Origin: Epiperipatus broadwayi
Taxonomy: Eukaryota; Animalia; Onychophora
NCBI GenBank assembly: GCA_028023455.1
Contig: JAQFVV010000003.1
Location: 13,206,001 to 13,270,000, forward strand
DNA length: 64,000 nucleotides
Reading direction: 5' to 3'
Part shown: in pieces, positions 24,475-38,024 of the stretch
Position numbering within the stretch: position 1 is the first letter of the stretch
Layout of the letters: each line of letters begins with the position of its first letter
Notes under the pieces: generated by a model
What the model was told of the DNA's origin: nothing
Seen by the model: only the letters and a program-made list of their open reading frames with translations
Databases searched by the model: none
Position numbers and translations under genes: made by a program

Positions 24475-27400
24475 CTCATCATCATAGTCAACTATTATCA
24501 ATCCACTGTAGGATGAAGTTCTCTCAGTTCAATCCATCTCCAATCTCTAGCCTCTCTTATCCACATCACTCCTGCACATTTTCCTATTTCATCCAACCAT
24601 TTCGTATATAGACTCATTCTGGATCTTTTACAATCTTTTGAAATCCAGTTTAATATTTCAACTGTCCATCAATTATCATCTCTTCTAAAAATATGGCCAG
24701 CCTAACTCCTTTTCAATTTCTTAATTCTTTCAATGTTCTCTTACCCATGTAATAATGCATTTTCAATCTCTTGTTATTCCTAACATGCATTTCTCCATAC
24801 TTCTTTGAGTGGTCTGAAATCTCTATATTGTCTTCTTTTAAGTATCCAAATCTCAGATCCATATGTAAGAACTGATAAAATACACTTATTAAAAACCTTC
24901 CTTTTCAAACACATAGGCATATTTCCTATTAATATTATTTCTACCAAAAGCACTCCAATTAATTCTAGTATTAATTTCATCCATGGTTTCACACTACAGT
25001 AATAATTTGAGGAAGATATTTGTAGTTGTTAACTTCTAAATCATCATTATCAATCTTATCCATTAGTCTTTTTAATGTTTATATTTAGTCCTACTTTCTA
25101 ACTTTCATCTGATAACTCTTGCAACATTTCTCGAAGCTCTGAAACATTATTTGCAAAAATAACTACCTCATCTGCAAAATCTAAATGACAAATAATCTCC
25201 ATTTCCTTTTATTCCTTTAGCTTCCCAGTTTAATCCAAAAAATACTTCTTGCAAAACTTCTGTAATAAATTTTTGGAGATATAGATTTACCCTAACATGC
25301 AGTCTTCCCAATGTTAATCTTTTTGGTATCATTTGCCCAGCCTAACTCCTTTTCAATTTCTTAATTCTTTCAATGTTCTCTTACCCATGTAATAATGCAT
25401 TTTCAATCTCTTGTTATTCCTAACATGCATTTCTCCATACTTCTTTGAGTGGTCTGAAATCTCTATATTGTCTTCTTTTAAGTATCCAAATCTCAGATCA
25501 ATATGTAAGAACTGATAAAATACACTTATTAAAAACCTTCCTTTTCAAACACATAGGCATATTTCCTATTAATATTATTTCTACCAAAAGCACTCCAATT
25601 AAGTTTAATTCTAGTATTAATTTCATCCATGGTTTCACACTACAGTAATAATTTGAGGAAGATATTTGTAGTTGTTAACTTCTAAATCATCATTATCAAT
25701 CTTATCCATTAGTCTTTTTAATGTTTATATTTAGTCCTACTTTCTAACTTTCATCTGATAACTCTTGCAACATTTCTCAAAGCTCTGAAACATTATTTGC
25801 AAAAATAACTACCTCATCTGCAAAATCTAAATGACAAATAATCTCCATTTCCTTTTATTCCTTTAGCTTCCCAGTTTAATCCAAAAAATACTTCTTGCAA
25901 AACTTCTGTAATAAATTTTTGGAGATATAGATTTACCCTAACATGCAGTCTTCCCAATGTTAATCTTTTTGGTATCATTATGTAATCTAATTATTGCTGT
26001 CACATTTTTATATATATATTTTAGAATATGACAATATCCCGAGTTTATACCTTGATGATCCAATGCTTCAATCACTGAAGAAATGCTTATAAAATCAAAT
26101 ACCTTTTCATAATCTACAAATCTAAAGCATAATCACTATTCATATTCCTTGGTCCTTTCTATAACTTCTTTCAATACTTGGATATGATCCAGTGTAGTAA
26201 AAACATTTTTAAATCCAATTTATTTTGGGTTGGATGAAATCCTTCTCTCGCTGTAGACAAATTATAATTATCTTAGTAAAATTTTTGCATAAAACTGATA
26301 AAAGACTGATAGAACTGTAATTTCTAATATCTCCATTATCACCTTTTTTAAATATTAATATTAATACTGCATTCTTCCAATCATCTGGTACATCTTTATC
26401 ATTTAGCATACCCTTTGCCAAAAAAAATTATATTTCTTCACCTACTTCTTTTAAAATATCAATTATAATTCTATCATAACCTGGAGTTTTTCCCTTATTC
26501 ATAAATTTAATTGCATGTCTCACTACATTTAAAATCCTGGGCAATTCAGATGTAGTAGTTGTAGAAGGTACTTTTCCTTGTCCCTTATTGCTACATAATT
26601 TTTGATAGAACTCTTCTATACATTTCACAATGTCATCTTTCTTTTTAGTAATAGTTCCATTTTTTTTTTTCGTATTGCAGATATAAATTTCCTATCAATA
26701 TAAAAATGTTTTATTCTCTTGAGACTTTTACTTTCTTCTATAGCTTTCCTTTCTAGTTCACAATTATACTTTCTTATATCAATGTTAACTCTTTTTCTCA
26801 CCATTTTACAAAATTCGAGATATTAAATCCTTCATAATGCATCATTTTTATATTTTTTCATATTTCTTTCCTTCATAAATTTTCTAGTCTCGGTAGTTTT
26901 TACTGATCAATTGCTGCTTTTTTTCTACTAGCTATCTTTATTGCAGTTTTAAAAAGTGTATCAGTCATTTTCATTCAAATCTGAATTATGTTCAAAATCT
27001 AATATTTGAAAATGAATTGCAAATTCTAATTTAAATTCATTAGAATGTTTCTGAAGATTAGAAATATCAACTGTGAATACTGTTTATCTTAATAATTTTT
27101 GTCTCTCTAGTTTTGCATTAACATGTATTTTAAAAGAACACCATAATCTTGAAATATGTATTGTCTGTTAGTCAAAATATAATCTATCCTGTTGTACCTT
27201 CATTTGGATGCTTTCCGTTTCCTTTTAACATTTTCTCAAAAAAAAAAAAAAAAAAGGAATTCATAATTTAAAGATTTTCTTCTGCACACTTCATAAGTCT
27301 ATGGTCTCTCTCATTTTTATTACCATAATCAAATTTACCTAAGCACTTTCATCCTTCAATTGCTTACTAATTTTTGTACTAAAGTCTCCCATGACAATTT

Positions 27401-27890
27401 GGTCTGATCAAAAGACTTGTACATCTATATAAAAATCTACTACTTCATCACTACGAGATTTGTGGGGATGGACATAAACCTGAATTATCTGCATTTGGTA
27501 TCTACTATTAAGTTGAATAACCAATCTTGCTACTGTCTGGTACACCATCAATCTCCACAATGTTGTTTTTCCACCTTTTATTTATAATGAATCTTATTCC
27601 ACTTGTACATCCAATATTTGTGCCTTTGTAGTAGCGTACATGTCCACTTTTTAAATCAATTGTCTCTTCACCTTTTATTCTAACTTCACAAAGTCCAATA
27701 ATGTCCCATTTAATATGAGACAGTACTTCTTCCAAATCTTGTAATTTTTCTTCACTTGGAAAGTCATCTGCAGTTTTTAAATACCTAAATAAAAGATCAT
27801 AAAATGGCAGCCTAGATCTGTAATCAAAGGATTATCACCCTCTGCCTTCGGCTACCAACTTCTGCCTTAGCTGATGACTTTACAGACTCC
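24475..27890 (-). mobile_element. Decayed RTE-clade-like LINE (APE + RT in a single ORF)
   Basis: APE start WDIIGLCEVR (27508-27735). RT motifs DWKNAVLILIFKKGD..NY..ISLLS and HLDFADEVVIF. C-terminal KRKVFNKCILSVLTYGSEIW. (GAT)n-like tail near 24475-24490. Confidence 0.9.
24697..25979. repeat. Near-identical ~640 bp tandem duplication inside the RTE element (24697-25333 and 25337-25979)
   Basis: Both copies start ccagcctaactcc and end ttttggtatcatt; only a few substitutions and one small indel were seen. Confidence 0.92.
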
Positions 27891-30800
27891 TGGGAATAAA
27901 AGCTATGTTTATTTTTGTTTTTCATGATTGTAAATATCTATTAGAAATTTTTTTTTTTATTCACACACACATTCATTCCACCTTCAAGAAAACTTAACTG
28001 ATATTTCAGTTGAGAGCTATCAGGTAACTGAGAAGAAAGACCAGTGTTTTTTTTATTATCTTTAGCCAATAAACTTATCATGCTGGCTAATGCATGTTGG
28101 TAAGCAGCCCATTCACGTTCCATATTATATGAATAATGACATAGTAATAATAGTTGCAATAACATAAACGTAAGGAGTGGTTATTAGGAATTTGCCTGTT
28201 CAGTTCCTTCAAGGCCTCCAAAAAGAATCAAAGGATCTTCTTTCAGTTAACAGCAAACTAAATTCCTTTTTTAAGAACTTGGGTTATCCTGAAGCTAATG
28301 AGAAAAAAAAATTCTTCACAATATAGAGATCTCAAGTTTCATTAAGAAAAATAAAGCTACTAAATTATTTAGCTTTTAAACTCATTCATGTAGATTTAGC
28401 GAAACATTTGTACTTAAATCAGATTATTAGTTTATCTAAGAGCACTAGTACTAGTCAAACAATCAGAATGTTCATTTCTGATGTATACAGCAATCTGTGA
28501 TATTTTATTTATCATGTGTGTAGTTTTAGATACAAATTCAGGATCAAGATTGTTTTAATGTTTTCAAACTAAAGAATGCTTTCTTATACAGCTAAAAAAA
28601 TAATGAGAATAATATTAATACGGTATTTCTATAAAATATTCCAAACATAGATGCTCTTATTAATTTTACTCTCCAGCTTAGAACAGGTAGTTATTTATTG
28701 ACCCACATTAAATGGCTAGCTGTATAGACTGTGAACTTATTATATGAAAATTAAAATAGCAATTGCAATAGTTTAATCTAAATGTGAACTTCAAATTGCC
28801 ATCTAAGCTAAACCATTTATATATATGAATTATATTTACCTCTTCATAGGAGGATTGTTACTAAAAATCGTTATGCCCTTACTTTTTGATATTTCCTAAT
28901 ATATATATAGTCGTAACTATTTATGTTTAATTTGGTTTCTTTGCATTTTCAAATTTTATCCATAAAATGTTTTATTTTTATACCAGTTTAGATCACTTGT
29001 AACTTTTAATTGCAATAAAAAATTTCTATTATATCCAGTTTAATTTTGACTTTTTCCAGCATTTTTTCTTTTTGATTGTTCATGTTTATGCACAATATAC
29101 ATTTCTACATTGTTGTAATTAATAATTTTAATTATGGATTCCATGTAATCTTCACTTATTAATCATCTGCATATCAAGTTATTGATTCTCATTCCATGCA
29201 CAATCCTCCTTCAGATGTTTTTGAAATCATCATGGGTGATAATTGGATCTCATTGTTTTGAATACATTGCTATCTTTTTAAATTTTGTGAGTTTACAAGT
29301 ATCTTAAATGAGGTGAATTTTTTTTATTTAATAATGTAGCTTTAAATATTGCACCCCATTAAACAGATACTAAATAAAACACATTTTTAAGGTAACATGA
29401 AATGGAAATTATATATTTAACTTTAATTATCACATGTAATTTTGTAAAAGCAATAAAATAGTCAAATCTAAAAATTTGTTAAATGATAATTTTATATATG
29501 ATAACAGCTATTAGATATCATGAAGGTAAACTATAAGTGCACAATATTCCCTTCATCAATATACTGAAGTTTCCGTCTTAAAATTACTTTTTGTTTAGCC
29601 AATAAATTAACAACTCATTTCAATTGCTCTTTATCCTCCAGCTGAGAATTAGTCTCATTTTCAATTTTTGATTATAGGCCAAATATATGAAAAAGTCTTA
29701 ATGTTATTAAGTTGTATAAAATATTATTTATATCTAATAAATTGATTAATGCACCTGATATCTGTAAGAATTAATATTTTTGGATATATGAAGCATTTCT
29801 CCAGTTTGTAAAATTTCCCAAATCAATCTCTTACTATACACGCATTTTAGGCAAATCCCATTTGTCAAATGAACTAACATTTGAATTTTCACTCAGAAAT
29901 GATAAATAAACTTTTTTATTTATGTCTTAATTAAAATGAATTTGATTTTAAAGCTTGAATGATTTAGTTATCCATTAAAAGTTATTCATGCTCTAATGTT
30001 CCTTTTATATTTCTTGTTTCTTTGAGTATTATAATGCGAGTATAAATTGTTCCATTTACTATGAAATATTGAAGCATTGATAAGTTAAAAAACATATATA
30101 ACACATTCAATCTCCAAAATTAAATTGGCTGTAATTAAGATGTAACAAAAAAATCTATCATTTCCATATGAATATTAAAATAGTCATTTCTCTTTAAAAA
30201 TAGGAATTCTTCAGAAATGCATGTGTGAGATGGAACTGGGAAATTTTATGAGCAATAATTTAAAATTTTAATAAGCTTTAGAGGACTATATTGTAAATCT
30301 GGAAAGATTCTATTATTATTTGTTAAGTACTACATGCTATATCTATGATGTAAACTTTAAACTTAATTTTCTAATTTCATTCAAATTGAAAGTATATCTA
30401 GCATGTCAAAAATTTAATTGTTACAATTATTAAAATATTTGCCAGCTATCAGAAAGAACATTTATTTGTATATTAGAAAGGTTTACATATAGAGATAAGT
30501 CAAAAGAATTTTCCAAACTATAAACAAATCTTAAAAATTATTAGACAAAATTAGCTTCACGCAGACAAAACCTTTGTCTTAATATACCATAATACCATTT
30601 GCATTATCTATTGCATGTTCACTTTTAGCCATGATAATATTAATTAGGTTATTTGCAATGTATGTCATGTTTATAGACTCTGGTTAACCAAAATAAATAT
30701 GATCTTGGTAAAGATAAAAATGGAAATTTACAGGAAATACAACTCTAAAGATCCACACCCATGTTTTAAATGAGTCACTGTTTAAATATTCTTAATAAAA

Positions 30801-32069
30801 TCAGTTTAGCCAAAACTGTGGCATTTAAAATAATTATCTTTTAAATATCTATAAAATAATAATGTAGAATAGCTGCAAATAACATGTTACTGATTTAGTT
30901 ATCTAGTGGACAAATGGGACAGTAATAAAGGATAAATTGGAGAGTAATAAACACATTTGAAGATTCCCAGTGAGAAAAGTAAAAAAAATTTTTTTGATCA
31001 AGTGAATCTATTTACATTCAACATTATTATCATCTGAACAACTGACCATATAAATATCTTTTTAAACCATTTCACATGTCTAACACAATATTTAAAATAG
31101 TGAAGATAGTTTATTGAAAACAGCAGAGTGCCATGCCAAAGATGGAAAACTATGTGCAATATTACTAATTTACTGAAAGTATCAATCAATAAATGTTATT
31201 GCTGTCATTAACATAAAGGAATGATCACAGATGTTAATTGCAATTCTATTCTTATAGAGAAAATAAAAAAGGCTAATTGTTATGTTTAAACAAGTGTTAA
31301 AGCAATAAATATGATCATACTAGTAGATTTGTTAAAAATATATTCTAATGGCTTTATAAGAGTTCATAAAAAATTCAAATGCTGGAAGTTACAAAACTGG
31401 AATTGATCTGAGAACCTTCCAATCCAGAGTCTGACACTATTATTGCACTAAATTATGCAAGACATTACATCTGTTAAAATGTTTGAAAAGACTACAAAGA
31501 ACAAGTTAAAACAGTAGAGGTTAGTAATCTAAAGTAGTTCCAACCTCATGATGTAAGCTTTCATTAAAAGTTACTAATATAGCTCTAAAATTAATGTTAC
31601 AGTAAACATGGCAGTCAGATTTAATGTGATTTACAAAGTATCCATTTACATTGAAACATCAGATTCATTTTATTAATACAATATCAACTACCTGAAAGCT
31701 TACAAATAGCAATATTTTTATATAAGTTCATTTATTTTTTTAATCTGATTATATCAATGTGGAAAATTTAAATCTTTCCATTGACTAAAATTTTTATTTC
31801 TTAAATAGAGAATTAATATGGGAAATTTTAATCTAGTGTCTGCCATTGTACTACTGGGATAAATGCTCTAGAGCATTAATTAGAAGATTAATAATCTTGT
31901 GCAAGATTTATAAAAATATAAATTTTCTTAAATTTTTACAACAGTTGAAAATCTAAACATTGAAAAAAATATACATTGTGTTATGAGAAAATAAGCTATC
32001 ACTAATAATAAATTTTCCAATTTATCCAAATCACTTTCAACACTTATTAGTAAAAATCATTTATTGTAC

Positions 32070-32116
32070 ATATACACCTATGTTTAGACTGTCCTGCAGT
32101 CTTCTTCAGAGCTATG
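32070..32116 (-). ncRNA. Degenerate hammerhead-like motif downstream of the DUSP stop codon
   Basis: Minus strand: CTGAAGA-A-GACTG cagga CAGTC-tAAA-CATAGGT, followed by AATAAA at 32065-32060. G12 is replaced by T. Confidence 0.5.
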
Positions 32117-33504
32117 ATATAATGAACAAAATAAAATAAAATACATAACTATATAAATAATACCATAAAAAATGTAAACAATAAAAAACTAAAAAACAAC
32201 ATAAAATATATAACTCAACCTAAGAAGTGATTTGGATAAATTGGATTTATATTAGATATTATGGCAAAAATAAAGGAAAAGGTGATTTTGGTAATATTTC
32301 TGAATGCTAAATTTTGAATTTGTTTATGTGTATGTAGTTCACTTTATTGTGATGCTAAGTAATCTAAGGATAGTTTCATTACATTTTGTAGACTGACAAC
32401 TCCAACTCCCCCTTATCTATTTTGAAACCCTCCCCCCCCCCCCAATGATAAAAATACATAAGAATATAGCTTACCAGCCAATTAATCTTTATTAAAAAGA
32501 TAATACTTGACTGTTTTATTTTGTATCCTATCATTCCCAAACTAACACAAGTTTTATTTTGAAGCTTTAACTGATCATGGCTAAAAACATAAATCCAACT
32601 GCATTAAAAGATAATTTAGGAAATATTTCTGACATTAGCTATTTGCAATGCTAGTGAAAAATGATCTTGACCAGAGCCATTTAAACAATCTGTCAATGTT
32701 TATTGAAAATGTCATCATCTAACATCTGTATTATAAAAATAACATTAAGTTTATTGGAATCAATGTCTTTCTGCAAGTGGATTATAAAAGTATCCATAAT
32801 CCATAAATTTGCTATATCAAGATGCAGAAAAGTGTATTTATAATTCTTTTATGTATATTTCAGATTATGAATTAAGCCATTTGTTATTGGAAACTTGTAA
32901 ATTAGTTACTGTATTTATTTATAATTTTATTTATATTCATTCATTTAAAATATTCGATGAACTCATATGTGTGTGATAAATTCTATCATTTTTAAATTCA
33001 TGTCTGATTAACACATTAATTTAAATTCAAAAATCTTTTAAACTGTAATGGAAAAATATAGAGAGCGCGCACAATATATCACTCTTAGAAAACATTCACT
33101 AAAAAATTACAAAATTAAATACTTTATAGAAAAAAGAAATTTATTTCCGTATAAAATGTTTTTGTGCTTTTATAATAATGAAAAATAAACTATATTACAT
33201 GTTTACAATCGTGTTCACACATTCTGAATATTTTATTTTTCCAGGAATGTCACAACATAATGTATTGCTGAGGTAGGGTTCATACGCCATCCAGTGACGA
33301 TTTTAATATATAACAAAAGTATTTTTACAAAAGTTTTTAATTTTCGAGAAAATTCCAAAATTCATAAGTCCTCGAAAGTTTTTTTTTTTTAATATTCAGC
33401 ACCATTAAGATAAATATACATTGGAAAATGATGGGTTCGAACTCTATACAGAAACAGATTTTTCAGCTGTCCAAAAGAGACTTTGTCTTGTTGAAAATTA
33501 TACT

Positions 33505-33833
33505 TCATGTCCAATGAGAACATAAAATACCAGAGTCCGGACAGCTTTTAGTCGGTGAAATAAAATGAGATTGATGACATAAACAGTCTTCATGATTTTC
33601 ACAATGGCGATGAATACTGGGACTATGATTTAGTTTACGTTCAAAGTCTAATAGTTGGCCCATAAAATTAAAATTTGGTGAAATATTGGCCTTTCTCTTC
33701 TTCACAAAATCGTACGCATCATTTAAAGACATTCTTAAAGCATGCATTAAATATGCAACTGTAACTGTTACAGAACGACTGATTCCCGCCAAACAGTGAA
33801 CCAGCACTGCGCAGTTGTTATCCCTGGCTTCAT
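33505..33833 (-). CDS. Mkp3: DUSP6/7/9-like MAP kinase phosphatase, coding exon 3 (catalytic HCLAGISRS, stop TGA)
   Basis: Acceptor tttgcag at 33834; reads (D)[29 protein letters not shown]...[16 protein letters not shown]. Confidence 0.96.
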
Positions 33834-33899
33834 CTGCAAAGAGAGAAAAAATTGATGAATATGATATTCTTTGTCACTTTAACAAATAATAATTACTGT

Positions 33900-34800
33900 A
33901 TAACTAAAACTAAAATCAAATAATTGCAGTCGTCCTCGTATGCCCACCGACAGGAAACTTAGACATTCACATTATTTGAATAAGGTGTGATGCGTCTTCC
34001 TGTAAATAGGCGTTCAGCGAGGCATAGTACAATCTTCTCTTTCACATATGGAAAGACCAGAGGAAGAACAACATTCCATTCAAATTAGAGCAGGAAATAC
34101 ATTCATAATACCTGGTTATGTATTATTTTCTTTACCTTACCTTCCACCCCTTTTTTAATAAAACTGACTGCACCCAGTTACAAAGGTCACAATATCAAAA
34201 GCAAAGACTTGACATAGTTAGTAAAAATATAAAAACTCTGGTAAAAATATAGAGACTATTTTCTTCTTTTTTTAAAAAAAATTGTATACAATATTAATCT
34301 TTTTTTTTTACTTGAATGAGCTTACTTCCGATCAATGACGATGAGCATTTCCTGATTTTAATCTGTGAGAAACAAAACACAGGAAATGGGCGGAGCATAC
34401 AAGTGACCGTACTTTTATAAAGAATAATTTCAACAGGAAGTACTAATATTTAAACAATTCCAATGCACTTGTTTTTATATGATCTATGACCAGCCAGCCT
34501 TTATTGTTGTTGTCGTCAATTTTTTTTTAAAAAAATACACATTCAACAGTAGGAGGTAACAGAAAAATCATAAATATATTTTCTTAATTACTACAACTTT
34601 TATTTTTCATTTACTATCAGATTAATTATAATACATATGCGCAAAGACAAACAAACCCAGATATAAATAATATTGAATGGAAAGCATCGTTCAGAAGGGT
34701 CGCGAATATTTTCAAATCACGTGACCAATCTAGAACAAACCGCCTTGGTCGGAAGTTAACAATCATGCCTATCCGCCCATCTTCTACAGGTTGAACACAA
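33900..34800. promoter_or_regulatory. Candidate intronic enhancer with clustered ETS-type motifs
   Basis: ACTTCCG 34324-34330, ATTTCCTG 34347-34354, CAGGAAAT 34380-34387 next to GGGCGG, ACAGGAAGT 34433-34441, CGGAAGT 34750-34756, CAGGAAAT 34091-34098. CpG is retained here. Confidence 0.5.
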
Positions 34801-34867
34801 CTTATACTAATACAGTACATTATTAATCAATAACTATAGTTACAAAAAGATATTTATAAAAACTTAC

Positions 34868-35263
34868 CAATAAATGCTATTGCCTTTGGGAAAAAAACTG
34901 CTAAATTCTGAGATAAATGATCACTAATTGGGATTTGAAGATATTTAATTGAACCGTCGTTTTCAAAAGCATTCGGTAAATTTGGAGTCACATTGAGAAT
35001 ATATTTTATATGATATTTTTCAAGTGTTTCTAGATCAGTTGAATTTTTAGCATTACCAAGGAATAAATATGATAAAATTTCTACTGGAAATGTTGGGGCT
35101 TTAATAGGTGATTCAGTCCCTAAACAACTATCACATTTGTCACTATCATCATCAATATCATTACAGCTGATGCGCAAATTTTTTATTCCCAAGATAGTGT
35201 CGGTCGTATCCTTCTCACAGACGCACAATTCTGGAAAATGATACCGCACAGCTGAAAAACCAC
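34868..35263 (-). CDS. Mkp3: DUSP6/7/9-like phosphatase, coding exon 2
   Basis: Acceptor ttttag at 35264 and donor gtaagt at 34867; reads GGFSAVRYHFPELC...FPVEILSYLFLGNAKNS...LQIPISDH...FPKAIAFI. Confidence 0.96.
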
Positions 35264-35445
35264 CTAAAATAAATAAATTACAATTCGGTAAAATATCCAT
35301 TAAGAGCGGAGAGACAAAACTTAAATATACGAGTAAATAAAATTATTTAAAAACTATAGTAAATTATAATCAAAACACGATACATTTATGATAAATTATA
35401 ATCAAAACACGATACATTTATGGTAAATTAAAAGCAGAAACTAAC

Positions 35446-35842
35446 CTTCTAAATAGCAGGCTTGGCAACCTTCATCTTTTAGTTTCCGAAGCAAAACATC
35501 GCTAACACTCGCCGAATTAGAATTCATATCCTCTGTAAAGTCATCACACAATAAAATAGTATGCGTTTTATAATTCTTTTTAAATTTCTCCCGATTTTCA
35601 TTACATGAAATAATGGACGGTATTTGTAAATTACCCTTACCAAGCCGTCTCAGCAAAAGGCTAGGCAGGGCTACGCTGATAGCACCGCGAATATGGCTGA
35701 GCGCATAGTCGTTGTGAGGCCTACAGTCCAAAATTAATAATTTGGCATTCTCGGATTGAAGTTGTTCATAAAGCCATTGTGGTTGTCTCGCATCCGACAT
35801 TTGTTTTTCGTTACTGTTAGTTAGATATTCAAGAGAAGGCAT
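35446..35842 (-). CDS. Mkp3: DUSP6/7/9-like phosphatase, coding exon 1 (rhodanese/Cdc25-homology domain with kinase-interaction motif)
   Basis: LLILDCRP..Y..SHIRGA, LLLRRL KIM, KLKDEGCQACYLEG; donor gt at 35445. Exons of 397+396+329 nt give 1122 nt, a 373 aa open frame. Confidence 0.96.
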
Positions 35843-37300
35843 ATTAAAAAAAAATCACTGATAGTCGGCCAATTTTAACTAATATTTTCCGGTTGTATTA
35901 AAATGTTTATTTATTGTTACAAATCAGAGCCATTCACTTCACTATTATCCAACATTAGCGAAAACTTAAGCAAATCATACATTTAAAAGAAGAAAAAACA
36001 ACTTTTTTAAAAAAAAAAAGAATGAGACCAAATTTTACAGGACGAACTCAATTCTAATACTAAACCTAAATAGTTGTCCTGAAACTTTTTATGCTAATTG
36101 TTGTCTTTAGTCAAGATTCACGTCATCGATTGCTTTGATCACGTGCTTTTGTAAACCAATCATAAAAGTTTTCTATTACGTTATTTTTATTCATAGTTTT
36201 ATCAATTAACCCTTCGTCTTGAAAGACTTACTTTCTCCAAACTGGGAAACTATGTGTACATACATATTGATATTTGTCTATACGTCATTAAAATTAACTA
36301 AATTTCTTATCAATGAAATGTGTAAAAAAAAAAATCAAAGGATTTTGCTTTGTTTTTTTATGCTTATTTATTATCCCTTATCTCGATAGTATTTATGAAA
36401 AATTCTCTGCACGAGTGCAGGTTTGACTAGGCATATAGGTTAATACGATCAAATGGAAAATACTTGATCATCGTCAGTGTAATTTATTATTGCTATTTAT
36501 TAGCTTAGAATTTTTTAGAACTACGTTGTAAAATAATGAAGCTCCTTAGGTTATTAAGATTCATCGACAAACTTTTAAGATCTTTGAGATAGACAAGTTG
36601 AATGAATAATCCGATAATATTGTATTGCAGTCAATTATTTATGTATGCTAAATTCTTTCTTTGTCGGAATGAAAGTAGAATAACTAGGTAATACAGTATT
36701 AGTCTATGGATTATATTTTTGAAAGATTTATGAAATTAGTCATTTTGACCGTTTGACGACTGAATTTACATTTGCTGTGATAATTTGGCGGCCAAATTCC
36801 ATATATGTTTACGCTCATAAAATAGGTAAAAAGTAATCTTCCGTTTAAATAAATTAATAAGTTCGCTAAAATTATAGGCTTTTCTTCGAAAAATTATTTT
36901 TTACTCATCATTTAATTCTAAGCAAAAAAAAAAAAAAAATACTATAGTAATATCCAAATTTATAATCATTTGTTTTTTAGCGGAATGAATAATGAGATTT
37001 TAATAAGTGTGTGTGTACACATATATAACGTAATCATTTACACTCCCATCCCATATTTATGTCAACAGTTATCACACTTCTCACTATATTCACATATAAA
37101 AAGGCTTGTTAAATATTTTGTTTGGAATTACATCTTTATGTGGACTAGTGATATGGACAGTTAGGCAAAAAAGAATGAAAACGGTTGGAAGTTTTAGAGG
37201 TGTGATTTGGATGAGAATAAAAAACGTAAAAAGGAAGTGTAGACGGTTAAAAAGAGATGAGCGAAAAAGGAAACTTAGGATTTTAAGAAATGGTATAAAT
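35843..37300 (-). promoter_or_regulatory. Putative 5' UTR/promoter region of the DUSP gene (CpG-retaining)
   Basis: Immediately upstream of the ATG. Visibly more CpG than the flanks; CCGGAA on the minus strand at 35887-35892 and CACGTG near 36140. TSS not located. Confidence 0.45.
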
Positions 37301-38024
37301 ATGAGTTAAGTAAAGAGTTGGGAAAAATAATCTTGTTTGTGTGTTAATTCTGCCTTTTTGAAGATAACTAATGATAATATGTATATAGCTGAAGCAAAAT
37401 TATAAATGTTCATTTAAAAACATATTTTGATAATATTGATTTTAAAATATATGCTGTAGCTTAGTTCATCGTTTAATAAAATGGGAGGGATATAAATAAT
37501 TGGGCAAAGTTCAATCAATTTTTCGTAAAGAAAACAATATGTAAGTTTTAGAAAGAGGGGCTATTTAAATTTCCTGCATTATCATTCCTTCTTAACCTTT
37601 TCTCTCTTTTTTTTGCACCTTTCAGTTTTGTTTTGTTTTTTTAATCTTGAAACAAGCCTTATATGAATGGGTTTTTTTTTCCTGGTTACACTGATTTTTT
37701 GGACTGATATTTTTCATTTTGATTATTAACAAGTCACAATTCTGATGCATCATTGATTCTTTATTCACATTATGAAATGATGCTCCCCATTCTTTTTTTT
37801 AGACCAAAGGAAAATTTTTCGGCACTGTTGTCCAGAGTTATATCTGTTACAATCATTTCATTTTGAAGTTTAATTCATAGCAAGAGGTTTTGCATGTAAT
37901 TGTGTGGTCATATTTTCATATTTTGTTCTGATTTATCATAGTTTATTCATGTTATTGTCCCTATTATATGTAATACATTTATTTTGGTAAATAATAAAAA
38001 AAAACGAACATGATAAACTGAAGT

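Noticed and set aside
27790-27890. HDV-like ribozyme at the RTE 5' end
   Set aside because: Expected for some RTE elements, but I could not fold the nested double pseudoknot by eye; needs a descriptor search.
27941-28165. 74-aa ORF with fairly normal composition (EREWAAYQHALAS...)
   Set aside because: No recognisable domain or splice signals; cannot be supported as an exon.
34910-34930. SDHLSQ instead of vertebrate SDHWSQ in the phosphatase acid loop
   Set aside because: The catalytic Asp, Cys and Arg are intact, and this position is variable among invertebrate orthologues as far as I recall.
35360-35430. 32-bp tandem duplication in intron 1 (similar 28-bp duplication at 56442-56497)
   Set aside because: Ordinary slippage duplications with no further structure.
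36446-36478. CTGACGA plus GATCAA/TTGATC hairpin on the DUSP strand upstream of the gene
   Set aside because: Followed by GTAT rather than GAAA, with no helix I or III pairing, in a region not subject to CpG decay; probably chance.
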